DNA from: an uncultured Gammaproteobacteria bacterium | Lineage (GTDB): Bacteria > Patescibacteriota > Microgenomatia > Levybacterales > GWA1-39-11 | Length of the DNA stretch: 64,000 bases | Direction of reading: 5' to 3' | NCBI GenBank assembly: GCA_964504535.1 | Contig: CAZDED010000008.1 | Span: forward strand, 12,673-76,672 | Shown: positions 19,099 to 28,791 of the stretch, piece by piece | Layout: the number at the start of each line of letters is the position of its first letter | Position numbering within the stretch: the first letter of the stretch is position 1 | The notes under the pieces: model-generated | What the model was told of the DNA's origin: nothing | Seen by the model: the letters and a program-made list of their open reading frames with translations, nothing else | The model's database searches: none | Position numbers and translations under genes: made by a program

Positions 19099-19616
19099 AA
19101 TTTAACAAAACCAGCATTAATGATGTGTTTCTTATCGACCTTGACAAAAAAGAAGATGAGCGTGGATTTCTGGCAAGGACCTGGGGTGTTAAAGAGTTTT
19201 CTGACGCCGGTATAGACTTTAACCTACAAGAAGGTTACGTGACAAACTCGAAAAACAAAGGAACAATCAGAGGTTTTCATTTTCTAAAGACTTCAGAAAA
19301 AAAGCTGACAAGAGTGCTTAGGGGATCGATATATGAGGTAGTAATTGATGTAAACCCTAAGTCACCAACTTTTAAAAAATGGCAAGCATTTACTTTAAAG
19401 GCCGAAGATTACAAAATGCTTTATATGGGACCAGGGATTGCACATGCAATACTAACACTTGAAGACAGCACGGAGCTTATGAGCTTGTACTCTCCTGCTT
19501 ATGCCCCTGGAAATGAAGGCGGTATACGATTTGATGATCCATCATTTGTTATACCTTGGCCAATTAATATTACTTACGTCTCTGAAAAAGACACTTTATG
19601 GGAGGATTTTACATAA
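19095..19616 (+). CDS. rfbC: dTDP/CDP-4-keto-sugar 3,5-epimerase (RmlC/RfbC cupin)
   Basis: DERGFLAR, GTIRGFHF, GIAHA and GIRFDDP. Confidence 0.88.
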   Translation: MKFNKTSINDVFLIDLDKKEDERGFLARTWGVKEFSDAGIDFNLQEGYVTNSKNKGTIRGFHFLKTSEKKLTRVLRGSIYEVVIDVNPKSPTFKKWQAFTLKAEDYKMLYMGPGIAHAILTLEDSTELMSLYSPAYAPGNEGGIRFDDPSFVIPWPINITYVSEKDTLWEDFT

Positions 19617-19617
19617 T

Positions 19618-20901
19618 ATGATAATTGTTGATAAAGAGTTAGAAAAGCTAGAAATGGAAAACAAGCCAATTAGGGTTGGCCTTGTTGGGTCCGGATTTGC
19701 TGCACGTGGTTTCATGATGCAAATGCTTACCTTTATTAAGGGGATGAGACTTGTGGCTGTATCTAACAGAACAGAATCCTATGCAATTCAGGGGTTTGAG
19801 CAAGCAGAATATGAAAATTATAATAAAGTCTCAAGCCTAGAAGAACTTGAAAAAACAATTTCGAATGGCAAAACTGCGCTTTGTGATAATCACTTTTTGC
19901 TCACGGATTCCGCACAGATTGATGTTATTGTAGAGGCTACCGGAGAAGTAGAATTTGGCTCACAAGTAATCCTTCGTGCAATAGAAAATAACAAGCATGT
20001 CGTTCTTATTAATGCTGAACTTGATTCAACGCTGGGACCAATACTAAAGGTTAAGGCAGACGAAAAGGGAGTTATTTATACTCAAGCTGATGGGGATCAA
20101 CCCGCAGCTCTAATGAATCTGTATCGACAAGTAAAAGCATGGGGTTTTAAATCGGTTATGGTTGGAAATATAAAGAGCCTTATTGATGTTAGACGTACCC
20201 CAGAGACACAAGCCAAGTGGGCAGCAGAGCATTTTCAAAGACCAAAAATGGTTACATCCTTTGCCGATGGAACGAAAATTGGGGCTGAAATGGCAAGCAT
20301 TGCAAATGCAACTGGATTTCCAGTTTCAAAAAGAGGAATGGAAGGGCCACGATGTGCGCGTGTCGAAGATGCTTACAAGTTATTTGATTTGAACAAACTT
20401 ACTACAACTGGACTTACAGATTACATTTTGGGTGCGGAACCAAGTTTTGGAGTTTTTGTTTTGGCGACTACTGACAATCCGACACGAAAAATGTATATGA
20501 ATGTGTACAAAATGGGAGATGGACCACTTTACACATTTTACATTCCTTACCATTTAAGTCCCATAGAAGCTCCGATGAGTGTGGCGCGCGCAGTAATTTT
20601 TAAAGATGCAGCTCTTGCACCCCTTGGTGCACCAGTTTGTGATGTTGTAACTTTAGCAAAACGGGATATAAAAAAAGGGGAAATACTTGACGGAATTGGA
20701 GGTTTCCTAACCTATGGTGAAATTGAAAACTCTGATGTTTGCTTGAAAGACAATCTTCTGCCGATTGGACTTGCCGATAATTGCATAGCGCTGAGAGACA
20801 TCTTGATGGATACTCCAATTACATATGACATGGTAGAGCTTCCCAAGAATAGGCTTTCTGACAAATTGCGAAAGGAGCAGAATGACTATTTCTCAAAATA
20901 A
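19618..20901 (+). CDS. NAD(P)-dependent oxidoreductase with C-terminal SAF domain (homoserine-dehydrogenase-like)
   Basis: IRVGLVGSG, GDQP, TSFADGTK and AKRDIKKGEILDGIGG. Start is placed at the ATG following rfbC. Confidence 0.85.
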   Translation: MIIVDKELEKLEMENKPIRVGLVGSGFAARGFMMQMLTFIKGMRLVAVSNRTESYAIQGFEQAEYENYNKVSSLEELEKTISNGKTALCDNHFLLTDSAQIDVIVEATGEVEFGSQVILRAIENNKHVVLINAELDSTLGPILKVKADEKGVIYTQADGDQPAALMNLYRQVKAWGFKSVMVGNIKSLIDVRRTPETQAKWAAEHFQRPKMVTSFADGTKIGAEMASIANATGFPVSKRGMEGPRCARVEDAYKLFDLNKLTTTGLTDYILGAEPSFGVFVLATTDNPTRKMYMNVYKMGDGPLYTFYIPYHLSPIEAPMSVARAVIFKDAALAPLGAPVCDVVTLAKRDIKKGEILDGIGGFLTYGEIENSDVCLKDNLLPIGLADNCIALRDILMDTPITYDMVELPKNRLSDKLRKEQNDYFSK

Positions 20902-21802
20902 AAATCTTTTTTCTCTGACAGTTGGTATAACAACATGCTTTGGTGATAGTTCAATCCTTGATACAGTAGAATCAATACGCTCTTCAATAAATGTTCCTAC
21001 TTTTCGTTTTATTATAATTTCGGATAGAACTTATTTTCAACCTGAAGTTAAAAGAAAGCTTAAGAAATATGGCGTTGAACTTATCGAAAACAAATTTGAA
21101 GGAAGTCAGATAGAAAAACAGAAGCAAATATTAAGACTTGTAACAAGTGAGCTAGTAATTCTTACCCAAGATGACGTGTTGTTTGACAAAAAAGCTCTTT
21201 CAACGGTGGTTAAAGCATTTAAGAAAGACCAGTCGTTAACTATGGTAAGCATTCTGAATAAGCCTGTTAGCGCAACAAGCAATTTTGAAAAAATACTTAA
21301 TGCGGGGACAGATATTGCAAATAAAACAGCCATGCACTGGAATGGGGGAGACAACTACCTGTCAGTTGTAGGCAGATTTATGGCTTTTAGAACCCCTTTT
21401 ATGAAGAAAAAATTTAGGTTACTTGGTAGTGTTGCAACATCTGATGCATATTATTATTTTGAAAATAAAAGAAATAAAGGAACATATAAGTATTTACCAC
21501 AGACCTTCGTTGAATTTAAGAACCCTCAAAATATGAAAGAACACCTGAGAAAAAGCAGCAGATTCCAGTATTCAAATCAGGAAATGTCAAATTATTTTGA
21601 CGATATAGAAATTGATTATGAGGTTCCATACTCAGCAACAGGAAGAGCATTGGTTGAGCAGCTGTGCAAGAGTCCTATTGAGACGATTCTCTATTTCGGA
21701 ATCTTCCTATATACAAGACTTCTAAAATTAAAATCTAACGTGGTTTTGAATCCAATTTGGGAAATTGATCTTTCCACTAAAAAAATAAAGGCAATTATGT
21801 AA
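20882..21802 (+). CDS. Glycosyltransferase family 2 (paralog 1)
   Basis: GT-A fold, QDDV motif, and EHLRKSSRF. Confidence 0.8.
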   Translation: MTISQNKNLFSLTVGITTCFGDSSILDTVESIRSSINVPTFRFIIISDRTYFQPEVKRKLKKYGVELIENKFEGSQIEKQKQILRLVTSELVILTQDDVLFDKKALSTVVKAFKKDQSLTMVSILNKPVSATSNFEKILNAGTDIANKTAMHWNGGDNYLSVVGRFMAFRTPFMKKKFRLLGSVATSDAYYYFENKRNKGTYKYLPQTFVEFKNPQNMKEHLRKSSRFQYSNQEMSNYFDDIEIDYEVPYSATGRALVEQLCKSPIETILYFGIFLYTRLLKLKSNVVLNPIWEIDLSTKKIKAIM

Positions 21803-21809
21803 CAACTAT

Positions 21810-22931
21810 ATGAAAAAAAATATAAAAATTTGTTTTTTTGGCACCTATGACAAAAAATATTCTTCGAACAAGATTGTATTAGATGGACTTCGAAGAAACA
21901 GGATTTCGGTTCTTGAAATTAATAATAATATTCGCATAACGCCTTTGAATGCATCAGGACATTTGAGCCTAATTTCACTTGTAAAGCGAGTTTTGGTTAA
22001 ATTAAGCCTATTAACACTGATTGTAAAAAAGTTTAAGCTTCTAAGAAGCTGTGATGCAATTTATGTCGGATATCCTGGCCATATCGATCTGCTAATAGCA
22101 TATGTTGTGGCCAAGATTATGCGTAAAAAATTGATATTTTATCCTCTTATTATTCTTTACATAACATTTACAGAAGACATAAACCTACTTAGCAAGAAAT
22201 CCATGTACGCCTGGATGCTGAAGCAGTACGAAAAATTTATTTATAAGCTTCCAGATGTGATATTCTCCGATATTCCTTACCAAAAGGACATATTTGTTAA
22301 GCAATTTGGGGTAAAATCGACGAAAATTCAAGAAATTCCAATCGGAGCAGATGACAGCATATACAAGTTTTCAGGTATAAAGGGTAAGAAAACAAAGCTT
22401 AGAGTCGTCTACTATGGCCTATACAGCCCACTCCACGGGGTGGAACACATAATCAAAGCAGCAAATTTACTTAAAGAAAATACAGATATTGAATTTCTGA
22501 TGGTTGGCAATGGACAAACTTTTGAAAAAAATTACTCGCTGGCAAAAAAACTTCAACTGAAAAATGTACAATTTTATAAAGATGCAACGGAAAGTAACGC
22601 TATTGAGCTACTAAATAAAGGGGACTTATTTCTGGGGCATGCTCAAAATAGTCCTACTGTTTATAGAACTTTACCTAATAAAGTTTATCAAGGGTTGTCG
22701 TTGGGTAAAGTTGTGATAACTGCAGACTCTCCTGCTTCAAGGGGTGTATTCAGGCATTTGGAAGAAGCGTACCTTTTCAAGCCTGCAAACCCAAAGAGTC
22801 TAGCAAATGGAATTCTTAAACTTAGTAATGACTCAAAACTACTTAAAAAGATTGCCATAAATGGGCATAAAAAGTTTTTGAGAGAATTTACCCCCGATGC
22901 GATCGGGAAGCAAATAGTAGATAGTATTTAA
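21810..22931 (+). CDS. Glycosyltransferase family 4
   Basis: YYGLYSPLHGVE and PNKVYQGLSLGKVVITAD. Confidence 0.85.
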   Translation: MKKNIKICFFGTYDKKYSSNKIVLDGLRRNRISVLEINNNIRITPLNASGHLSLISLVKRVLVKLSLLTLIVKKFKLLRSCDAIYVGYPGHIDLLIAYVVAKIMRKKLIFYPLIILYITFTEDINLLSKKSMYAWMLKQYEKFIYKLPDVIFSDIPYQKDIFVKQFGVKSTKIQEIPIGADDSIYKFSGIKGKKTKLRVVYYGLYSPLHGVEHIIKAANLLKENTDIEFLMVGNGQTFEKNYSLAKKLQLKNVQFYKDATESNAIELLNKGDLFLGHAQNSPTVYRTLPNKVYQGLSLGKVVITADSPASRGVFRHLEEAYLFKPANPKSLANGILKLSNDSKLLKKIAINGHKKFLREFTPDAIGKQIVDSI

Positions 22932-22938
22932 AATTCAC

Positions 22939-23850
22939 ATGAAAAAATTAACACTCACTATTGGAATACCGGCATACAACGAAGAAGCAAATATTGCCAA
23001 ATTACTCAGATCAATTTTGCGTCAAAAAGGAGACAACTACCGTTTAGAAAAGATAATTATAGTCTCTGACGGCTCAACAGACAGTACAGCTGATAAGGTA
23101 AAAAAAATAAACAGTAAATTGATATATCTTGTTGCAAATAAGAGCAGACTGGGACTTAATCCCTCTCAAAATATTATACTTTCAAAGACTACCACAGATA
23201 TTCTTGTAATTCTTAATGCTGATGTGCTTCCTGTAGGCACTAAATTTTTAAAGCATTTAATTACGCCCTTTTACAAAAATCCCAAGCTTGGAATAGTCGG
23301 TGCTCGCATTAAAGGGGTTCGCCCAAATACTTTTGTAGGTAAAATTCTAGCAAATAGTTCTGATTTAAAAGAGTTACTTGCGCAAAGAATCAATAATTCC
23401 AACAATGTGTACCTTTGCCATGGTCAAGCTCGTGCATTTTCAAGATCTTTTTACTCAAAAATAAAATGGCCATATAATTGCCCAGAGGATGCTTATTCTT
23501 ATTTCTTTTGTGTCGATAGAGGGTTTCATTTTCTCTACGAAGCAAAAGCTACTGTTTTGTTTTCTCCGTCTACGCATTTAAGAGATCATCTCAAGCAAAG
23601 TAAAAGGTTTTCGAGTGGAATTAAAATTTTGGAAAAAACATTTACAAAGCGAAAAATTAAAGAGAGTTACAAAATTCCTTTTTTATTGGGGCTAACCTAC
23701 GTTTTTGTGTTTGCAGCACGACAGCCATTTTTAACACTTGGATACATTTTTATTGTTTTATTTGTCTTTATATTTGTAAAGAGTGGGAAAATAGATCACT
23801 CAAAATTTGAAATAGCCAGAAGCTCAAAGCATGTAAAAACCAAAATATGA
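22939..23850 (+). CDS. Glycosyltransferase family 2 (paralog 2)
   Basis: IGIPAYNEE, SDGSTD, NADV and DHLKQSKRF. Confidence 0.9.
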   Translation: MKKLTLTIGIPAYNEEANIAKLLRSILRQKGDNYRLEKIIIVSDGSTDSTADKVKKINSKLIYLVANKSRLGLNPSQNIILSKTTTDILVILNADVLPVGTKFLKHLITPFYKNPKLGIVGARIKGVRPNTFVGKILANSSDLKELLAQRINNSNNVYLCHGQARAFSRSFYSKIKWPYNCPEDAYSYFFCVDRGFHFLYEAKATVLFSPSTHLRDHLKQSKRFSSGIKILEKTFTKRKIKESYKIPFLLGLTYVFVFAARQPFLTLGYIFIVLFVFIFVKSGKIDHSKFEIARSSKHVKTKI

Positions 23851-24761
23851 AAAAACCATCAGTAACCGTGTTTGTTAGCGCATATAATGAAGCTGAAAAT
23901 ATTGAGGCTTTCCTAAATTCTATCTTGGGGCAGAAAGAAGAAAACTTTATACTTAAGAAGATTGTAGTCGTTTCAGATGGCTCAACTGATAGAACGTCGG
24001 AAGTGGTCAAGGGTATTCACTCAAGCAAAATACATTTGGTTGATTCTCAAAAACGAATAGGAAAGTCGGAAAGACTTAGTGCTATATACAAAACCTTTCA
24101 GACGGATTTTTTGGTTCAATCAGACGCAGACATAGTAATGAAGGATGAGTTTATCATTTCAAGACTTGTAAAGACATTGGTCAGCAACCGCAACATTGGG
24201 CTTTGTGGCGGAAACCCTATTGCAGTTGATGGAAAAACATTTACAGAAAAAGCAATTAATATTACTCACCACATGTATCGTAGGTTTCGTTCGGACCTTC
24301 GAAAAGGCCATAATGTTTTCTCAGCAGACGGGAGACTATTAGCATTGTCAAAGCCTTTTGCAAGTGGCCTTGTTATTCCTACGGATATGATAGCAAATGA
24401 CATGTTTGCGTATTTTTCTTGTATTTCAAAAGGGTACCTATATAGGTATGTTCCAGAGGCAGTAGTTTGGTTTCGCTCACCGCAAAATCTAAGAGATCAC
24501 TTACGTCAAAACTCTCGATTTGAAGCTGGGCCAATTCGTATGGAGAAATATTTTGGCAAAACTCTTATTCAAAAAGAATTAAGTATTCCACCGATAACAC
24601 TTCTCACATGCATGTTGAAAGAGTTCTTGCAGCATCCTGTGCTTTGTTTGTACATCTTATGCGCAAACACCCTGTGTAGATATGAAGCACACAAAAAGGA
24701 GTCCAAAATGACTGCATTATGGGGAATGGCAACGACTACAAAAAGCTTAAGCTTACATTAA
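23847..24761 (+). CDS. Glycosyltransferase family 2 (paralog 3)
   Basis: SAYNEAE, SDGSTD, DADI and DHLRQNSRF. Confidence 0.9.
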   Translation: MKKPSVTVFVSAYNEAENIEAFLNSILGQKEENFILKKIVVVSDGSTDRTSEVVKGIHSSKIHLVDSQKRIGKSERLSAIYKTFQTDFLVQSDADIVMKDEFIISRLVKTLVSNRNIGLCGGNPIAVDGKTFTEKAINITHHMYRRFRSDLRKGHNVFSADGRLLALSKPFASGLVIPTDMIANDMFAYFSCISKGYLYRYVPEAVVWFRSPQNLRDHLRQNSRFEAGPIRMEKYFGKTLIQKELSIPPITLLTCMLKEFLQHPVLCLYILCANTLCRYEAHKKESKMTALWGMATTTKSLSLH

Positions 24762-24762
24762 A

Positions 24763-25665
24763 ATGAATAAAAAAATTACAATTGGAATACCTACATATGA
24801 GGCGGGCGAAAGCCTTCTGGTAACTCTTAAGTCAATATATAACCAATCTGCATATAAGTATATTGAAAAAATAATTTTGGCTGTTGATGGTAATAATGTT
24901 CCTCCTCAAATTCTTTCTGAAATACAGAACAATAAGCTTGAGGTTCACAACTTTAGGGTAAGAAAGGGGCAGGCTGGCCGGATTAATGACATTTGCAAGA
25001 TAGCAAATACCGATTTTTTAATACTTACAAATGATGATGTAATCCTTGATGAATTTGCCGTTGAACGCATGGCCGTGGAATACAACCGCTCAAAGGCAGA
25101 TCTTATTGCAGGCATTGCAAAACCCCTACACTCATCAACATTTTTTGAAAAAGCTCTTGAAATGGGCACATCTATTAATAATTTAATAGCATCTCGCTGG
25201 AATAGGGGAGATAATTATTTATCCGTTAATGGTAGATTTATTGGGGTTTCTAAAAAGCTTTACAAGGAAATTTCTCTACCTGAAAAGCTGTGGAACAATG
25301 ATGCTTACTTTTACCTGTTTACAAAACTTAGTGGCTTCTCCTTTGCAAGAGCAGTTAGGGCTACCGTCTATTTTAAATCTCCATCAAATCTTGCTGATCA
25401 TCTAAAGCAAAGCAAAAAGTTTCAAAATTCTTACTTGGAGAATAAGCGCTATTTCAAAAGTGACATAAGTAAGTATTACAAAGTACCAAAAAGAATCCGC
25501 ATAGGAGTTCTTCCAAGAGTAATGCTTGAGAACCCAAATGCATTTGCTGTGTACATTGCGACTTTTCTATTTACTCGACTTGATAATATAATGAATAAGA
25601 AGGTTCTGCCTAAATCAGGGTTTTGGCCAACCGATGTATCCACCAAAATACTACGTATGCTTTAA
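24763..25665 (+). CDS. Glycosyltransferase family 2 (paralog 4)
   Basis: IGIPTYE, VDG, NDDV and DHLKQSKKF. Confidence 0.85.
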   Translation: MNKKITIGIPTYEAGESLLVTLKSIYNQSAYKYIEKIILAVDGNNVPPQILSEIQNNKLEVHNFRVRKGQAGRINDICKIANTDFLILTNDDVILDEFAVERMAVEYNRSKADLIAGIAKPLHSSTFFEKALEMGTSINNLIASRWNRGDNYLSVNGRFIGVSKKLYKEISLPEKLWNNDAYFYLFTKLSGFSFARAVRATVYFKSPSNLADHLKQSKKFQNSYLENKRYFKSDISKYYKVPKRIRIGVLPRVMLENPNAFAVYIATFLFTRLDNIMNKKVLPKSGFWPTDVSTKILRML

Positions 25666-25667
25666 GT

Positions 25668-27182
25668 ATGAAAAAACTACTGAAATTAACTGGTATTTTA
25701 TGTATTTCGTTGTTAATTGCTTTTCTGCTTTCTTTTGGAATCAAAGGCCAGAGTAATAATCCAAATTACTACGGGCAGACTAAAAATACTGAAGTCGGAG
25801 GTCCTTTTGAGGCGTCAAATAATACCTCTCGTTATGTACTTACCGAGACGATCGTTACCAATGGATCATTTACGTTTGATTCAAGACAGACAAGGTTTGC
25901 TGCTCCTGATGTTGTAATTTATCAAGGAAAGGCTTTTAGTATATTTACCCCCGGAGTATCTTTCGTTGGGATACCTTTTTACTATGTTGGCACGTGGCTA
26001 TCTATTCCTCAAATAGCAACATACATGGCAACAATCCTTTTTGCTTTACTTAACGCAACTTTAATTTATGTTATAGCGAGAAATTTAGGAGCAACAAGAC
26101 TTGCATCCTTTGTGTCGTTTTGCTTATTTTTGTTTGGTACAAATGCGCTTCCATACATCTTTAGCTTTACTCAACACCATTACAGTCTGTCTATTATTTT
26201 GCTAGCAATTCTAAATGCAATTTCAAAAAGAACTGTTTATAGCAATATCTTGCTTGGAGTTTTATTTGGCGCTGGTTTGTTATTTGATATTCCAAATGTA
26301 ATTATGCTTCTACCAGTTGGACTATACGTTGCGGCTAAACATTTTGAACTCAGTTATACGAGTGAAAAAATAAAAATTAGAGTAAAGACTAGTTTGTTAT
26401 GGATTATAGGTGGAGCTCTGCCTCTTCTTTTGTTATTTGCAGTATACAATCACCAAATCACCGGCTCGTATACAAAAATAGGTCAGCTTCTTGGAAGAGC
26501 TGATTTTTCAGAAAAAGTTGTAGAAAAACCCATACAAAAAAATATTTACGATCAAAAGTTACCTTTTAATCCAAGAAATGAAGTCGAGGGATTATACACT
26601 CTACTTATTAGTAACGAAAGAAGCTGGTTGTGGTATTGCCCTGTGGTTCTATTTGGCTTTCTTGGCATGTATATTGGGTACAAAAAGAGAGAAACGCGTA
26701 TCCTAAGCGTACTTCTTGGGTCGGTAGTTGCAACAAATATAGTGATTTATTCTATGTTTGGTGACCCATGGGGTGGATGGGCGTTTGGTCCACGTTACCT
26801 TATTCCATCGGTTGGAATTCTTTCCGCATTTATTGCGTTAACACTTGATAGATATAGAAAAAGGGTATTGTTTGGAATTATATTTCTTTCACTTTTAGGC
26901 TATAGCCTTTACATAAGCACACTGGGGATGGTTACCACATCAACGATACCACCAAAACAAGAAGCTGTTGCCTTAAATAACCCAATTCCTTACACATATG
27001 AGTACAATCAAAAGCTTGCACAGGCAAATAGCACAAAGTCTTACATCTACAATACATATTTAAAAGAGATGATTGATGTTAACCAATTCGTACTAATTTA
27101 TGCAGGGACAGTATTTATACTTCTCGCCACCCCATTTGCAATACTTTGGGTTAGAGATAGAAATAAACGTATATGGATTTAA
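25668..27182 (+). CDS. Multi-TM GT-C-fold-like (ArnT/PMT-like) membrane protein
   Basis: More than 10 TM helices, a large first loop, and WGGWAFGPRYLIP. Confidence 0.7.
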   Translation: MKKLLKLTGILCISLLIAFLLSFGIKGQSNNPNYYGQTKNTEVGGPFEASNNTSRYVLTETIVTNGSFTFDSRQTRFAAPDVVIYQGKAFSIFTPGVSFVGIPFYYVGTWLSIPQIATYMATILFALLNATLIYVIARNLGATRLASFVSFCLFLFGTNALPYIFSFTQHHYSLSIILLAILNAISKRTVYSNILLGVLFGAGLLFDIPNVIMLLPVGLYVAAKHFELSYTSEKIKIRVKTSLLWIIGGALPLLLLFAVYNHQITGSYTKIGQLLGRADFSEKVVEKPIQKNIYDQKLPFNPRNEVEGLYTLLISNERSWLWYCPVVLFGFLGMYIGYKKRETRILSVLLGSVVATNIVIYSMFGDPWGGWAFGPRYLIPSVGILSAFIALTLDRYRKRVLFGIIFLSLLGYSLYISTLGMVTTSTIPPKQEAVALNNPIPYTYEYNQKLAQANSTKSYIYNTYLKEMIDVNQFVLIYAGTVFILLATPFAILWVRDRNKRIWI

Positions 27183-28783
27183 CTCTTTCATTTAATAAAA
27201 AGTTTTTAGAGAAAGTGACTGCCTTTTTTTCTAAAAATGCGGTTCTTTTTCTCGTTGTTATTCTTGCGGTAATTTCTATAAGTAGTTTTGCTTTTTATCT
27301 CAACAATCAGCTTGGACTTGCATACAATGATGCCCGTTCACATTTAGATATTGGGAGACGAGTAGTTGAAGGGCTCAAGCCGGGGCTAGCACAGCTTGGT
27401 TCAGTGTGGCTTCCCCTACCTCATCTGTTGATGGTAGCAACCATTTGGAATGATTTTATGTGGCACAGCGGTCTTGCCGGGGCTCTGGAAAGCATGATTT
27501 CATTTGTTGCGACAGGCGTTCTAATATATCTATTTTTGAAAAATTTAGGAGTAGGAATGCTTGGCAGATTGACAGGGGTTGCAGTTTTTGTAGCAAATAT
27601 TAACATTCTATATCTTCAGTCAACAGCAATGACTGAACTTTTGCTTATTGCTACTATGACTGCAGGTGTTTTCGAGCTTTTTATGTGGCAGAAAGAAGGA
27701 AAGCTTATACATCTTATCTTTGCTGCCTTTTGGGTGATGTTGGCAACCCTGAATCGATACGATGGGTGGTTTTTGTTCCTGTGGGCAGCTGTATTAGTAA
27801 TAATACTTACATTCCAAAAAAAGGGATACAAAGCTGCAGAAGCAGCATTTCTATTTTTTATTACACTTGCGGGGTTTGGTATTCTTCTATGGTTTTTATG
27901 GAATTTGTTGATTTTTAAAGACCCCCTGTATTTTGCATTTGGTCCGTATTCTGCCCATGCGCAACAACAGCAGCTTGCAAATGCTGGGGTTCTTGCATCA
28001 AGTCATAATTTGCCGTTGGCTTCTAAAATTTATTTTTACGCTTTAGCATTTAATAGCTATACATTACCTTTGATTTTGGGTGCAGTTGGTGCTATGGCTT
28101 TCTGGTTTAGTCGCAAGATAAAAAACAATATTAAAATTGTTATGTCTGCATTAATGGCTCCCTTGGTTTTTAATATTCTTGCACTTTATCTAGGTTTTTC
28201 TGTACTTTTTGTTCAGGGCATATCAGGGGACACTTGGTTTAATGTCCGATATGGGATAATGATGGCTCCAACCATTGCCATATTTATTGGTTTTCTAATA
28301 CATCGCTTCTCGAATCTAAAATGGGTTTTTATAGGTCTTCTAGCATTTGTGATTTTCTTTGGTTTTGCTAATCAAGACGCTGTAACTATTGATGATGCTC
28401 GGGTAGGATCTTCACAAAAGAATGTTAGTGAAGTTTCTGGCTGGCTTAGCAAAAGCGCTAAAGATAAGCCAGGTTTCATTCTTATTTCAGCAGCCTCACA
28501 TGATGCCATTATTTTTTCATCTGGTCTTCCAATGAAAAAATTTATACATGAGGGAACAGGTAGCTATTGGCTAGCTGCTACTTCTGCTCCTGACAGGTGG
28601 GCTCGGTGGATTATTATGAGAACCAACGATGTAAATGATCAAACATTCAAACTGCTTATGAAGAATAAGGCTCTTGGAAAATACAACTTGGTTGGAAAAT
28701 ATCCCTTTGCTGATATTTATGAATTAAAGTCTGAATATGTTGGAAGTCTTAACACAACCCCATCTCTTGGAAATCAAAAATAA
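27173..28783 (+). CDS. GT-C (GT39/PMT-like) membrane glycosyltransferase
   Basis: First-loop YNDARSHL, WLPLPHLL, STAMTE, RYDGW and multiple TMs. Confidence 0.75.
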   Translation: MDLTLSFNKKFLEKVTAFFSKNAVLFLVVILAVISISSFAFYLNNQLGLAYNDARSHLDIGRRVVEGLKPGLAQLGSVWLPLPHLLMVATIWNDFMWHSGLAGALESMISFVATGVLIYLFLKNLGVGMLGRLTGVAVFVANINILYLQSTAMTELLLIATMTAGVFELFMWQKEGKLIHLIFAAFWVMLATLNRYDGWFLFLWAAVLVIILTFQKKGYKAAEAAFLFFITLAGFGILLWFLWNLLIFKDPLYFAFGPYSAHAQQQQLANAGVLASSHNLPLASKIYFYALAFNSYTLPLILGAVGAMAFWFSRKIKNNIKIVMSALMAPLVFNILALYLGFSVLFVQGISGDTWFNVRYGIMMAPTIAIFIGFLIHRFSNLKWVFIGLLAFVIFFGFANQDAVTIDDARVGSSQKNVSEVSGWLSKSAKDKPGFILISAASHDAIIFSSGLPMKKFIHEGTGSYWLAATSAPDRWARWIIMRTNDVNDQTFKLLMKNKALGKYNLVGKYPFADIYELKSEYVGSLNTTPSLGNQK

Positions 28784-28791
28784 AGAAATGT

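Noticed and set aside
19501-19617. N-terminal extensions in the ORF track (also 25623, 42679, 54858, 57113)
   Set aside because: They overlap neighbouring genes or promoters. Downstream ATGs fit the domain starts better.
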